Source: Halomicronema hongdechloris C2206 (GTDB lineage Bacteria > Cyanobacteriota > Cyanobacteriia > Phormidesmidales > Phormidesmidaceae). Taken from it: 32,000 nucleotides of DNA. The position numbers were made by a program, and so were the translations under genes. The notes beneath the pieces were generated by a model. It did not search any database. It was not told the origin of the DNA and saw nothing but the letters and a program-made list of their open reading frames with translations. The stretch lies in the NCBI RefSeq assembly GCF_002075285.3, contig NZ_CP021983.2, positions 420,001-452,000 on the forward strand, in the 5' to 3' direction. Below are positions 16,259 through 24,519 of the stretch, one piece after another (position 1 is the stretch's first letter; every line of letters starts with the position of its first letter).

Positions 16259-16426
16259 TTTTTTACTCCTTAAGAATTGCTTGAAGTAATGAGACTGATA
16301 ATATTTGATAATTAATATAATAGAAGGCTAGCTGTCGGTTATCTAAACTGCATGCTTTGATCTCCAGACCTCGCATATCAAGGAATTCGACTGACCAGTT
16401 TAGTAGTATAGCAGCTTAAACATTTT

Positions 16427-16664
16427 TTAGGTATTATGTACTCCCCATCTCTCCCGATGCCACCTCAACTCTTCCAAACTTGGCATAAACCTTTCCTCCC
16501 TCAGTAACTCAATCGGCTCTCCCTATAAACTCCATCTTTCCTTGACTTTCCACCGCTGCCTCCTCCCTAAAACGCTCCCAGGGAATCACAATGCGGTGAT
16601 CGGCATCCATTACATCGAGCTTTTTGAGAAACTTGATAGCCCTTTTACTGAATCGAACCTCCAT
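16427..16664 (-). pseudogene. chimeric relic: RelE/ParE-like toxin N-terminus fused to a decayed 3' tail of an HNH-nuclease paralog
   Basis: The ATG at 16664 gives MEVRFSKRAIKFLKKLD (RelE/ParE-type start), then ...RIVIPWERFREEAAVESQGKMEF, homologous to IPWDRFMEEAAVESRGMMAF of 18201..19142. After an indel, the shifted frame continues GEPIELLREERFMPSLEELRWHRERW to the stop at 16427. Confidence 0.6.
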
Positions 16665-16875
16665 GCTTCACCCAATCCGTTAAATCAATGGTTTCAGAAG
16701 CATCGAAATCCTTTGGAGAACCAACCTGAGTCTCTATCTCAGCTTGTTCCTCGTCGCTCACAAAGGGCATCAGGAGCTTACACAGGTGTAACCGTTCTTC
16801 CCGCAGAACTTCTCGCAGGCTGTCTTTGATCAATGCCTTCAATGTTTCGGAATTTAGAGCCTCTGTAGATTCCAT
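16645..16875 (-). CDS. small antitoxin-like protein (partner of the truncated RelE-like stub)
   Basis: 76 aa, acidic. It overlaps the downstream RelE-like start by 20 nt. Confidence 0.5.
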   Translation of the reverse strand: MESTEALNSETLKALIKDSLREVLREERLHLCKLLMPFVSDEEQAEIETQVGSPKDFDASETIDLTDWVKHGGSIQ

Positions 16876-17022
16876 CTGGATAATCCTGACACTTTGACTT
16901 CTATCGTAATCCAGTCACCCAAGGTGGGCACTGACCAGTATCAACACCTTGACCCAATCCCCCACCTCTCCCGATGCCACCTCACCCCTTCCAAACTTGG
17001 CATAAACTGTTCCTCCCTCGGT

Positions 17023-18252
17023 CAGGGCTATTTCATTCTAAAAATGGCCTTGAGGGTATCTAGACCAAACTTGCAGAGTCGTTCAGCCTGAGCCATATTG
17101 GCGAACTCGTTGGAGCGATAGAGGTTGAGCGCGAAGTTTCGAGCGACGGCGAAGATTTGCGGCAACTGGTGCATACGAATGCGCGAAGCATCTTCTCCCT
17201 GGGTCACATCCCGGATATGATGTACCTTATTTTCAACGCCCCAATAGCCCCGAATGCGCCGAGCCAAGGATTCCGCTGATTCTAAAAACGAGGCGACATA
17301 GTAGCGGGTCTCAGTTTCTAAGTGAGGCTGCCCGCCCTTCTTGAAGTGTCGCTCACTCTCCACTCGAATGAGCGTCTTCAGCCCTGGCCAGGGCTTGATG
17401 TTATCGAGGGTGGTGCATAGGCTAACGACCCGCTTCTCCAGTCGCCCATGCCCTTTACTGACCTCGGTGTAGCTGTCCTCAGCGATAAAGTTGGCCTGAA
17501 CGCTTTTGTGCAAGTTACCCTGATTGCCTTTGAGGGCACCCAAGTAATGATTGTCGGTGTCAAGGATGAGCTGACAGTTTTTTTTGGGTGCTAATCGCAT
17601 CAAAGGCTATCACCACCCCCTTCAGCGCCAGTTGCTTAATGAACTCGGGCAGGGCTTTGATTTCGTTGGTCTTGTGCTCTACCTGATAGGGCTCCAGAAT
17701 CAACCCCCGCTCCACCAGATAAGCACTGACCAATAGAATGGCGGGATGAGGGGGAGAGTCAGGATTGTCAGTCTCCAGTTGATACGACCCGCGTAAGACT
17801 TTGCCATCCACCGCTAAGGTTTCACCGGCTAACGGTTCAATGCCAAAGAACCGAGCCAAGGCCGCCGAATACTGTCCATAGTCTAGCTTTAGCAGCACCC
17901 GGCGAATCGTGCTGTAGGAGGGAAGACGGCCCTTGGGCGGGTTGAAGAGGTCAATCAACTCGCTGCGGTAGCTTTTGAGCCAGTCGCCAATGGCCAGAAA
18001 TCCACGATTACCGGCCGTCACCGCCAGGGTGAAGAGCGCCAGGCATAAGGCCATCTGATGTCGTTTGCCAGAGGCCTGACGGACATCTGGCAGGGCAACG
18101 AAGGCTTCGAGGATCTCGATGCGCTCTACAGCAGGCTCATGCCTCGAGTCGAGGGTAGTAGGGGTAGGGGGCAGACGCATAGACGCTAGGACCATTGGGA
18201 TTAGCCTGAAACTCTAGCATCTTTAGGTCCCCTTGAGAATGAAATGGCCCTG
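17023..18252 (-). mobile_element. ISAs1-family insertion sequence with a 9-bp target site duplication
   Basis: The inverted repeats are CAGGGCTATTTCATTC (17023-) and GAATGAAATGGCCCTG (-18252). The duplication TCCCTCGGT lies at 17014-17022 and 18253-18261. Confidence 0.85.
17028..18195 (-). pseudogene. ISAs1-family transposase split by a frameshift at an A8 run
   Basis: ORF1 ends ...AFDAISTQKKLSAHP* and ORF2 reads APKKNCQLILDTDNHYLGALKGNQ. A -1 shift on the CAAAAAAAAC run (plus-strand T8 at 17578-17585) restores DAISTQKKNCQLILDTDNHYLGALKGNQ, which matches the family pattern. Confidence 0.8.
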
Positions 18253-19142
18253 TCCCTCGGTAACTCAATCCGCTCTCCCCTAAACGCCATCATGCCTCGG
18301 CTTTCCACTGCTGCTTCTTCCATAAACCTATCCCAGGGAATCAAAATACGGTAGCTGTCATCTAGCCCAAACCAGCCGTGGTCGAAGGCCCAGTGGTGAT
18401 TTTTGCAGAGGGCGAGGCCGTTGACGAAGCGATCGTCGCGAAACTCTGAGAATGGCATGATGTGCGCCCCGTCTACAATGGTTACCCCATCCCAACTCAC
18501 CACCCGCACCTTACAGAACGCGCAGCGCTGGTCATACAGCTTCACCACATTGCGCCGAAAGGCGGCATTGCGGACAAAAATGCGGTCTTCATCCTTCAGG
18601 TCTTCTACATTGTAGATAGCCCCGCCGGAGTCAAACAGGGATTGCTGTATGAAGTCAAACTCGTCGTACTTAAACGACTCGGCGATCTCACTTTCCTTTT
18701 CAGGGAACCAGGCCTGAATCAGGATAGTAGTCAGTTCCTGGCGACTTTGGGAGGCTTGCAGCAATACAAACAGCTCTGGGTCCACATAGGCATACTTCAC
18801 TGCCGATCGCAGCGCTGATAGGCTTCTTAGCTTGACCCTGGCCTGAATCGTCGCCTCAAATCCTGGATTTGGCATCAGATACCAGAACTTGTCGCCCGTC
18901 AGATGGAAGAAGGGCAGCGCAATATTGGAGTGATGATCGCTGGAGACAAAGCGATGCCAGAACTTGAGGAAGTTGGCCGTTAGCTCTGGAGATAGATAAA
19001 TCTCATTGCGATGAATCTTGCCCTTCTCTAGCAAGTCGATAATCGTTAGCAGCAAAATTGGCTTGTGGGGGGCAACCCCCCGCGCCCGATCTACCCGTAG
19101 ATTTGCAAACTTCTTGGCATAGTATTGCAAATCCCGTTTCAT
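18201..19142 (-). CDS. HNH (HNH_2-type) endonuclease with an N-terminal DNA-reader-like domain; 3' end replaced by the IS
   Basis: The C-terminal CAFCKVRVV...VDGAHIMPF...NGLALCKNHHWAFDHGWF is an HNH motif. The N-terminal RARGVAPHKPILLL...LPFFHLTGDKFWYL is typical of type IV restriction-like proteins. The last 17 codons (18201-18252) lie inside the ISAs1 element. Confidence 0.8.
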   Translation of the reverse strand: MKRDLQYYAKKFANLRVDRARGVAPHKPILLLTIIDLLEKGKIHRNEIYLSPELTANFLKFWHRFVSSDHHSNIALPFFHLTGDKFWYLMPNPGFEATIQARVKLRSLSALRSAVKYAYVDPELFVLLQASQSRQELTTILIQAWFPEKESEIAESFKYDEFDFIQQSLFDSGGAIYNVEDLKDEDRIFVRNAAFRRNVVKLYDQRCAFCKVRVVSWDGVTIVDGAHIMPFSEFRDDRFVNGLALCKNHHWAFDHGWFGLDDSYRILIPWDRFMEEAAVESRGMMAFRGERIELPRDRAISFSRGPKDARVSG

Positions 19143-19165
19143 TACGCAGATCCCAGTACTGTTGG

Positions 19166-19729
19166 TCAGGCCTCTGTCAGCCTTTCCATATACATAGCGT
19201 ATGCTTCTCTAAAGTAACCAGGTGGATCTTGAAATTCATCTGTTTGTAAAATCTTCTTGATATCTTCTAGCTGTCCTGGAAACCAGCGTCTGACTAAGAT
19301 AGTCAACAGACTTTCTCGTGTCGAGGGGATTTGTAAAAAATCAAACAAATCCTCATCTAAGTAGGCATGGCTAATAGCCTTTTTTACCTCAGAGAAGGTC
19401 TTCAGCTTAATCTTGGCCGAGAGCACCTTCTCAAAGCCAGGATTTGCATACAGGTGCCAGAATTTCCCACTCTTCATGTGAAAAAATGGGCGAGAAATAT
19501 CGGGGTAGTGACGAGCCGATCCGAGATAGCTCCAGTTCTTAAGGAATGTTTGGTTCAGTTGTTGCGATAGTTCAATCTGATTCTGTCGGATCAGGCTGCG
19601 TTGAAACGATTCGATTACCGACAGCAGCAAGATCGGCTTGTGCGGCGCCACTCCATGGGCTCGATCTACCCGCAACCGCTGAAACTTCCTGGCGTAGTAT
19701 TGAAGGGCTTCTAATCGATCAGTAGACAA
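19166..19729 (-). CDS. paralog of the reader-like N-terminal domain of 18201..19142, lacking the HNH nuclease
   Basis: RAHGVAPHKPILLLSVIE...RPFFHMKSGKFWHLYANPGFE aligns with the downstream gene. It has a TTG start and no in-frame ATG near the N-terminus. Its G+C is lower than that of its neighbour. Confidence 0.6.
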   Translation of the reverse strand: MSTDRLEALQYYARKFQRLRVDRAHGVAPHKPILLLSVIESFQRSLIRQNQIELSQQLNQTFLKNWSYLGSARHYPDISRPFFHMKSGKFWHLYANPGFEKVLSAKIKLKTFSEVKKAISHAYLDEDLFDFLQIPSTRESLLTILVRRWFPGQLEDIKKILQTDEFQDPPGYFREAYAMYMERLTEA

Positions 19730-19885
19730 AAGACGCTTTGTGAGTACATAACCACGCCATCAGCATACGTCTGAAACGGCCCGGTTGATCCGTCGCCTGC
19801 CTGCAGTACCTTCACCAACTTTGCCTTATCTTTAATTCTGGTATCAGCCATTGTGCTTAAGGGTAGAGAGTGGTGGGTTGGTGGG

Positions 19886-20281
19886 TTAGGGGGTGGAATT
19901 CAGCACGGTCTCAACGGTAGTGTAGAGAGATTGTACTTGGGCGATCGCACCCTTGCGATCAATTGGTTCATCCAGAGTGTCCACTAGACCGTATCGAAAT
20001 TGAACTGCGAATGCGGTAAATTCCAGCAATGATCTAAACTCCGCTATTACGCTACAGTCTAGATTCTCCAAACGCTGCATTAATGCTCTCAAATCATGGG
20101 TATAAGGATATACATCTCCTAACCCTGCTAGCCACGCCTTTAGGGACTTCTCTGCCGCCTGCTGTACATGGAAGCCAAATATTTCATCTGCAAACTGCTC
20201 AAAATCTAACATTCCGGTGAGCGCTTGCAGGTCCCGATGGGCTGCTAGCAAGAGTTTCCTAGCTTGCTTGAGATCGCTCAT
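19886..20281 (-). CDS. HEPN domain protein (toxin of an MNT/HEPN pair)
   Basis: 131 aa. A helical HEPN-like pattern (AEKSLKAWLA...THDLRAL). It overlaps the upstream NTase by 23 nt. Confidence 0.8.
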   Translation of the reverse strand: MSDLKQARKLLLAAHRDLQALTGMLDFEQFADEIFGFHVQQAAEKSLKAWLAGLGDVYPYTHDLRALMQRLENLDCSVIAEFRSLLEFTAFAVQFRYGLVDTLDEPIDRKGAIAQVQSLYTTVETVLNSTP

Positions 20282-20612
20282 AGAGCACCTTACCTTCCTC
20301 TAGCGCCCTTGAGATCAGATGATTTCGACTATGTCGCCACTCAGCAATCTCATCAGCGCTGTACATGAGCACATCCGCAGGGATGCCAAACCTTCCCAAG
20401 GCATCCCAAACTTTAGCAGCTTCCTTACGGCGGCTGCGATGACGCCCAAATGCCTCGGCCTCAATCACCAAAAGATCAATATCTGAATCTGGCCTCGCCA
20501 CTCCCCTAGCCCGAGAGCCAAACATCACAATCTGCTCCGGGGCCACAGCCTGGACAATGGCCTGGGTCATCTGTTGCAGTAGCTCCGGTGTCAGCGTAGG
20601 ACTCGACATCAT
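20259..20612 (-). CDS. MNT-type nucleotidyltransferase (antitoxin of the MNT/HEPN pair)
   Basis: IVMFGSRARGVARPDSDIDLLVI. ATG at 20612 (the track GTG is at 20648). Confidence 0.85.
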   Translation of the reverse strand: MMSSPTLTPELLQQMTQAIVQAVAPEQIVMFGSRARGVARPDSDIDLLVIEAEAFGRHRSRRKEAAKVWDALGRFGIPADVLMYSADEIAEWRHSRNHLISRALEEGKVLYERSQAS

Positions 20613-20677
20613 CTCACCCCCTGGGGTTAATCTATCAGGCGCTGCCACCTGTTGGGGGCCGTAACCCCTGAGCCACA

Positions 20678-20905
20678 GTGACTCGCCCTGACGGCACAGA
20701 GGTGAACAACATGGTGTGGGCCAATGATGAGCATCAGGCCGAGGTAAACCCGGCTATCGATGAGTTCTGCCAACGGTTTCCAGATGCTCAACTGCGAGAG
20801 GCACCGCTGACTCGCTTAGCCGAGCGCATGTTTGATGAGGCAGAATTATCAGAAGAGGTAAATCACCCTATCCCGACTAGACGCCGTCGGGTCCGAGGAA
20901 GCTAA
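20678..20905 (+). CDS. hypothetical protein
   Basis: GTG start (an alternative ATG lies at 20711). Its stop TAA is immediately followed by the ATG of the next gene. Confidence 0.4.
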   Translation: MTRPDGTEVNNMVWANDEHQAEVNPAIDEFCQRFPDAQLREAPLTRLAERMFDEAELSEEVNHPIPTRRRRVRGS

Positions 20906-21541
20906 ATGACAACCAACACCCCTACGAGAAAGAGAAATTTCTCCAGTTTTTCTAAAAAAGAGGCCTTCAAACAGCTCGGCCTTACAGACTTGTTGCCCTG
21001 GACGATTGAGGCAGCCCCCATCCCCCCCAGCTCCTTTTTTCAAGAGCATTTTAAGCGCCTGCAGCAACACTTTGACCTGGAGAGCACAGAAGAGTCTAAA
21101 AAGCTGTTGATTGATGCCATCGCCAGCGAAGCCCTGGAAGGGATTGAGCGCGTCAAACTCTGGAAATCGGCTCCCCTAGAAGGGGAAATGACCTGTGGCA
21201 TTGCCGATTACTTAGGTGCAGAACGGAAGCGGTATTTAGAAGCGCCTTTTCTCTGCATTATCGAAGCCAAAAAGGATGACTTTGAGCAGGGGATGGCTCA
21301 ATGCCTGGTCGAAATGCAAGCCTGCCAGTGGGAAAATCAATGCCTGGGGCTGATGCCCGAGATTTACGGCATTGTCACCAACGGCAGCGGTTGGATGTTT
21401 TATCGGCTGGTGCCATCAGGGGAGGTCTATGAGACACTACTGTATTCCATCCATGATTTAGCCACCTTAATTGGCGCTCTCCATGAAGTCTTTCGCCAGT
21501 GCGAACGCAACCTGGACTACCCCTCAAAAGTGTCGGCTTAG
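20906..21541 (+). CDS. PD-(D/E)xK nuclease-fold protein (HsdR N-terminal-like)
   Basis: GIADYL...PFLCIIEAKKDDFEQGMAQCL fits a D...ExK...Q core. Confidence 0.65.
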   Translation: MTTNTPTRKRNFSSFSKKEAFKQLGLTDLLPWTIEAAPIPPSSFFQEHFKRLQQHFDLESTEESKKLLIDAIASEALEGIERVKLWKSAPLEGEMTCGIADYLGAERKRYLEAPFLCIIEAKKDDFEQGMAQCLVEMQACQWENQCLGLMPEIYGIVTNGSGWMFYRLVPSGEVYETLLYSIHDLATLIGALHEVFRQCERNLDYPSKVSA

Positions 21542-21554
21542 GAGAAAGAGCCCA

Positions 21555-22199
21555 ATGGTGCTAACCGTTAGCCGAGAGTACATTCAACTGCCGCCGGGTA
21601 GTGAAGTCACGCTTCACTATCAAACCTGGGCCGACTACGAAGCGCTGCTGGCCAGCCGCCGCGAGAATGCAGCCATCAAAATTCGCTTCAACGGTCACAC
21701 TCAACAGATAACGCTCATGGCCCCCATGGCCGGTCACGGCAATCGAATTGATACGTTAGTGGATCTGGTGAAAGCCCTACTGCGCCATCAAGGCCGTGAT
21801 TGGCATAGCTACGACCCGGTTACCTTAAAGAAGCTTCAAGAGGCAGGAGCTGAACCAGATGCCTGTTTTTATATTGAAAATTGGCAAGCAGTCTTGGGTA
21901 AGGATCGCATTGACCTGGCGACAGACCCCCCACCCGACCTGGCGATTGAGATGGATATGACCTCGTTGACGGACTTGGAGGTCTACCAAACCCTCGGTGT
22001 TCCTGAGGTCTGGATTTACCGGCAGGGACAGTTGAGCCTTCATGGGCTGACCGCTGACGGCTATGAAGACCGTGCTAATAGTCCGACGTTTCCGTCAGTG
22101 GATGTGAAGAATCTGCTGCCAGAGTACGTCGAGAGAGCCTGGGCAGCTGGTTCCAGCGTTGCCATGCGAGAGTTTGAACAGGTTCTCATATCCTTCTAG
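21555..22199 (+). CDS. Uma2 (DUF820) family endonuclease
   Basis: ATG at 21555. Landmarks are WADYEALL, EPDACFY, PPDLAIEMDMTS and GVPEVWIY. Confidence 0.85.
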   Translation: MVLTVSREYIQLPPGSEVTLHYQTWADYEALLASRRENAAIKIRFNGHTQQITLMAPMAGHGNRIDTLVDLVKALLRHQGRDWHSYDPVTLKKLQEAGAEPDACFYIENWQAVLGKDRIDLATDPPPDLAIEMDMTSLTDLEVYQTLGVPEVWIYRQGQLSLHGLTADGYEDRANSPTFPSVDVKNLLPEYVERAWAAGSSVAMREFEQVLISF

Positions 22200-22216
22200 T
22201 AGACCGTTGGCGCCGG

Positions 22217-22462
22217 ATGCCACCCAACTCGATAAAACGTCCTCGCAGGTCTTGGGTGGTCTGGGAAGAAGGCGGTCAATATCCCGATCTAATTATTGAG
22301 CTGCTCTCGCCTGCAACAGCCCAGGTTGACCATACCCTCAAAAAGACCCTGTATGCTGAAGCTGAAGCTACCCAAGCTCGCTTACAAGCCCAGCAAGCAG
22401 AAGACCGGGCCGCCCATTTGGCGAAACAGCTAAAAGCATTAGGCATTGATCTTGAAGAGTAG
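22217..22462 (+). pseudogene. internally deleted Uma2-family relic
   Basis: It retains only YPDLIIELLSPATAQVDHTLKKTLY (the Uma2 core strand) fused to the Ala/Gln-rich C-terminal tail ...LAKQLKALGIDLEE. Confidence 0.5.
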
Positions 22463-22493
22463 ACATAGACCCGGCGTGATCTGGTTGCGGCTC

Positions 22494-23210
22494 TCATCCG
22501 ACTGAAGTCAGGCGATGGGTATAGAGGGCGAGCCCCTGTAGGGTAAAACCATCTCGAATCTGCCCCTGGCTGATGCGCTGCCAGACTTCCTCGGGGGAGG
22601 CCAGAAACACCTGCTGAATCGCCTCGTCCCGCTGACGGCAGGCAGGATCGTAGTCGGTCACCGGCACATGATAGAAATGCACCTGGCTATCGGTGAGGCC
22701 GGTGTCGGTATAGGTGTGGCCCAGGCAGGTGGCTGCGCTGCCCAGGTAGCCGGTTTCCTCCGCCAGTTCCTTCAGGGCATTGTCTTGCCCCGAGACCTCG
22801 GCTTCGGCAAAGCCTCGCGGCAGGGCCACTTCATCGGTGCCGGTGGCATGGCGCTCCTGTTCGATCAGCACCAGATCCCCCAGGTTTCCCAGGGTGTCAT
22901 CGGCGATGGTGGCGACGATAACCACATTGACGCCGCCGTGTAATTGCCCCAGGGGAATCACCCGCAGATAGGGAGTATAGGTGAAACCCTGGCCGCGACC
23001 ATTCTCCACCAGGTCCACTACAAAATAAACATAGGGGGTCTTGGCGGTCACCCCCAAAGCCACCCCCGTCTCCGCCATGTAGGTCGCTAAGATCTGAGGA
23101 TCTTGGATGATGGGTCGCTGCTGCCGCGGCTGAAACAGCTGGGGATGGTCTGCCATTAGCTGGCAGTAACTGGCCAGGGCCTGGCGTTGATAGTCCGAGA
23201 GGGGGGCCAT
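22494..23210 (-). CDS. Nudix hydrolase (ADP-ribose pyrophosphatase-like)
   Basis: The ATG at 23210 forms a TAATG overlap with the upstream stop. The Nudix-box-like segment is LPRGFAEAEVSGQDNALKELAEETGY. Confidence 0.85.
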   Translation of the reverse strand: MAPLSDYQRQALASYCQLMADHPQLFQPRQQRPIIQDPQILATYMAETGVALGVTAKTPYVYFVVDLVENGRGQGFTYTPYLRVIPLGQLHGGVNVVIVATIADDTLGNLGDLVLIEQERHATGTDEVALPRGFAEAEVSGQDNALKELAEETGYLGSAATCLGHTYTDTGLTDSQVHFYHVPVTDYDPACRQRDEAIQQVFLASPEEVWQRISQGQIRDGFTLQGLALYTHRLTSVG

Positions 23211-24502
23211 TAATCGATTCCTTGGTCGGCCATCTGCATAGACACCTCCGGTAAGTCTTCGCCGCTGATGGAGGCGATTTTGCCCAGCAGTTCCAGGATA
23301 TCGTCCTGATAGAGTTCGGCATTGCTCTGCATCAGCTCGATGCTGTAGCTGCGATCGCAATCCAGTTGCCGCCGACCGATGTCATAGACATTCACCATCA
23401 ACTTAGCCGCATAGCCCTTCACCTTCTGAGGCAGGTAGCCGACGGCCCGATCCACGGTAAAGTTGGCCACCACATTGCCCAGGGGCGGCAACAGCCCCGA
23501 GCCCACCACGATCAACTTGCCGGCTAGACTCACCGCCAGGGACACATAGTTGCAATAGCGAGCCTCGGTATGGGGCCGTTGATACTTCAGATTGAACCAG
23601 TCGGACAGGGCCCGTTGGAAGGTATCAAACTCCGTCTGGAAGCCGTCGATTAGGGATAGGCACTGCAGCGGATTCTTCAAGATGTTGGCCTGGGCATCTT
23701 TGAAGGCATACCACTCCGGCAACTGCCGGATCTCGGCCACATCGGCCATGGTCAACTCAGACAACAGCGGTAGATTCATGCCCTGCTGCACCCGGGCCAT
23801 GAAAGTCCGCCGCAGGGAGGTGATCAGGTCCGGATCCGAGAGAATATCTTGAATGCTCTCGTGCTTAAAGACATTCACCCCGGTTTGGTCTTGCAAAGCG
23901 ATGCGGCTGGGCAATCCTGCCGGAGTGAAGGTGTAGCGCTTCAGGCGATCGGGCAGGTTGGTGTTGTAGACCAGATCGACGCATTTCTTCAATTCCAGGA
24001 CAAAAGGGTTCTCGGAGCCGGGTTTCCGGAATTGCCCCAGGGCGACACTGCCGCCAGGCTCAATGAACTGCTCCGCATAGACTTGGTTGCGACTGAGGAG
24101 CTTGTTGGCAGAGCTGAGTTCCATGGCCTGTTGGAAAGCATACTGGGCCAATTGCTTCAACCCCTGTTGGAGGGCCCGCAGGGTGTCGGGATTCGAGGAG
24201 GCATCGGCATCGCCGAAGAGTTCCTTAGCCATGGCAACACATTCCGACTCACCGAAGCTGGCAAACCGCATCAGGTTGTCGCTGAAAGCCCGACTCATGG
24301 CCCGGGCCGCCTGCTCATTGGCGTCATCCTCGGTGGCCAGGCGCACGCAGTAGATATCATCCAGCTCCTGAATCAGGCTCTTGAGGGCGCGGTCCCCCTC
24401 TTGCATCAGGTCAAACTCCAGCTGGTCCGTCAGGGAGGATTCCCGAAACAAAAAGGGCACTACCGCCCGCTGCCGCAACAACTTCGATTTGCCTTCAGTC
24501 AT
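23210..24502 (-). CDS. hypothetical 430-aa protein, no recognisable domain
   Basis: ATG at 24502 (MTEGKSKLL), 18 nt after the ABC exporter stop. It is translationally coupled to the Nudix gene. Confidence 0.7.
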   Translation of the reverse strand: MTEGKSKLLRQRAVVPFLFRESSLTDQLEFDLMQEGDRALKSLIQELDDIYCVRLATEDDANEQAARAMSRAFSDNLMRFASFGESECVAMAKELFGDADASSNPDTLRALQQGLKQLAQYAFQQAMELSSANKLLSRNQVYAEQFIEPGGSVALGQFRKPGSENPFVLELKKCVDLVYNTNLPDRLKRYTFTPAGLPSRIALQDQTGVNVFKHESIQDILSDPDLITSLRRTFMARVQQGMNLPLLSELTMADVAEIRQLPEWYAFKDAQANILKNPLQCLSLIDGFQTEFDTFQRALSDWFNLKYQRPHTEARYCNYVSLAVSLAGKLIVVGSGLLPPLGNVVANFTVDRAVGYLPQKVKGYAAKLMVNVYDIGRRQLDCDRSYSIELMQSNAELYQDDILELLGKIASISGEDLPEVSMQMADQGID

Positions 24503-24519
24503 CGATAAGACCACGACAC

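Noticed and set aside
16542-17091. Plus-strand ORFs 16542..16829 and 16894..17091
   Set aside because: They are antisense to the antitoxin and relic region and run into the IS end. I see no motifs.
19711-19851. 46-aa minus-strand ORF (MADTRIKDKAKLVKVLQAGDGSTGPFQTYADGVVMYSQSVFCLLID*) upstream of, and overlapping, the reader-only paralog
   Set aside because: It is short and unrecognised, and its 3' end overlaps the TTG start of the next gene. It may be real but cannot be supported from sequence alone.
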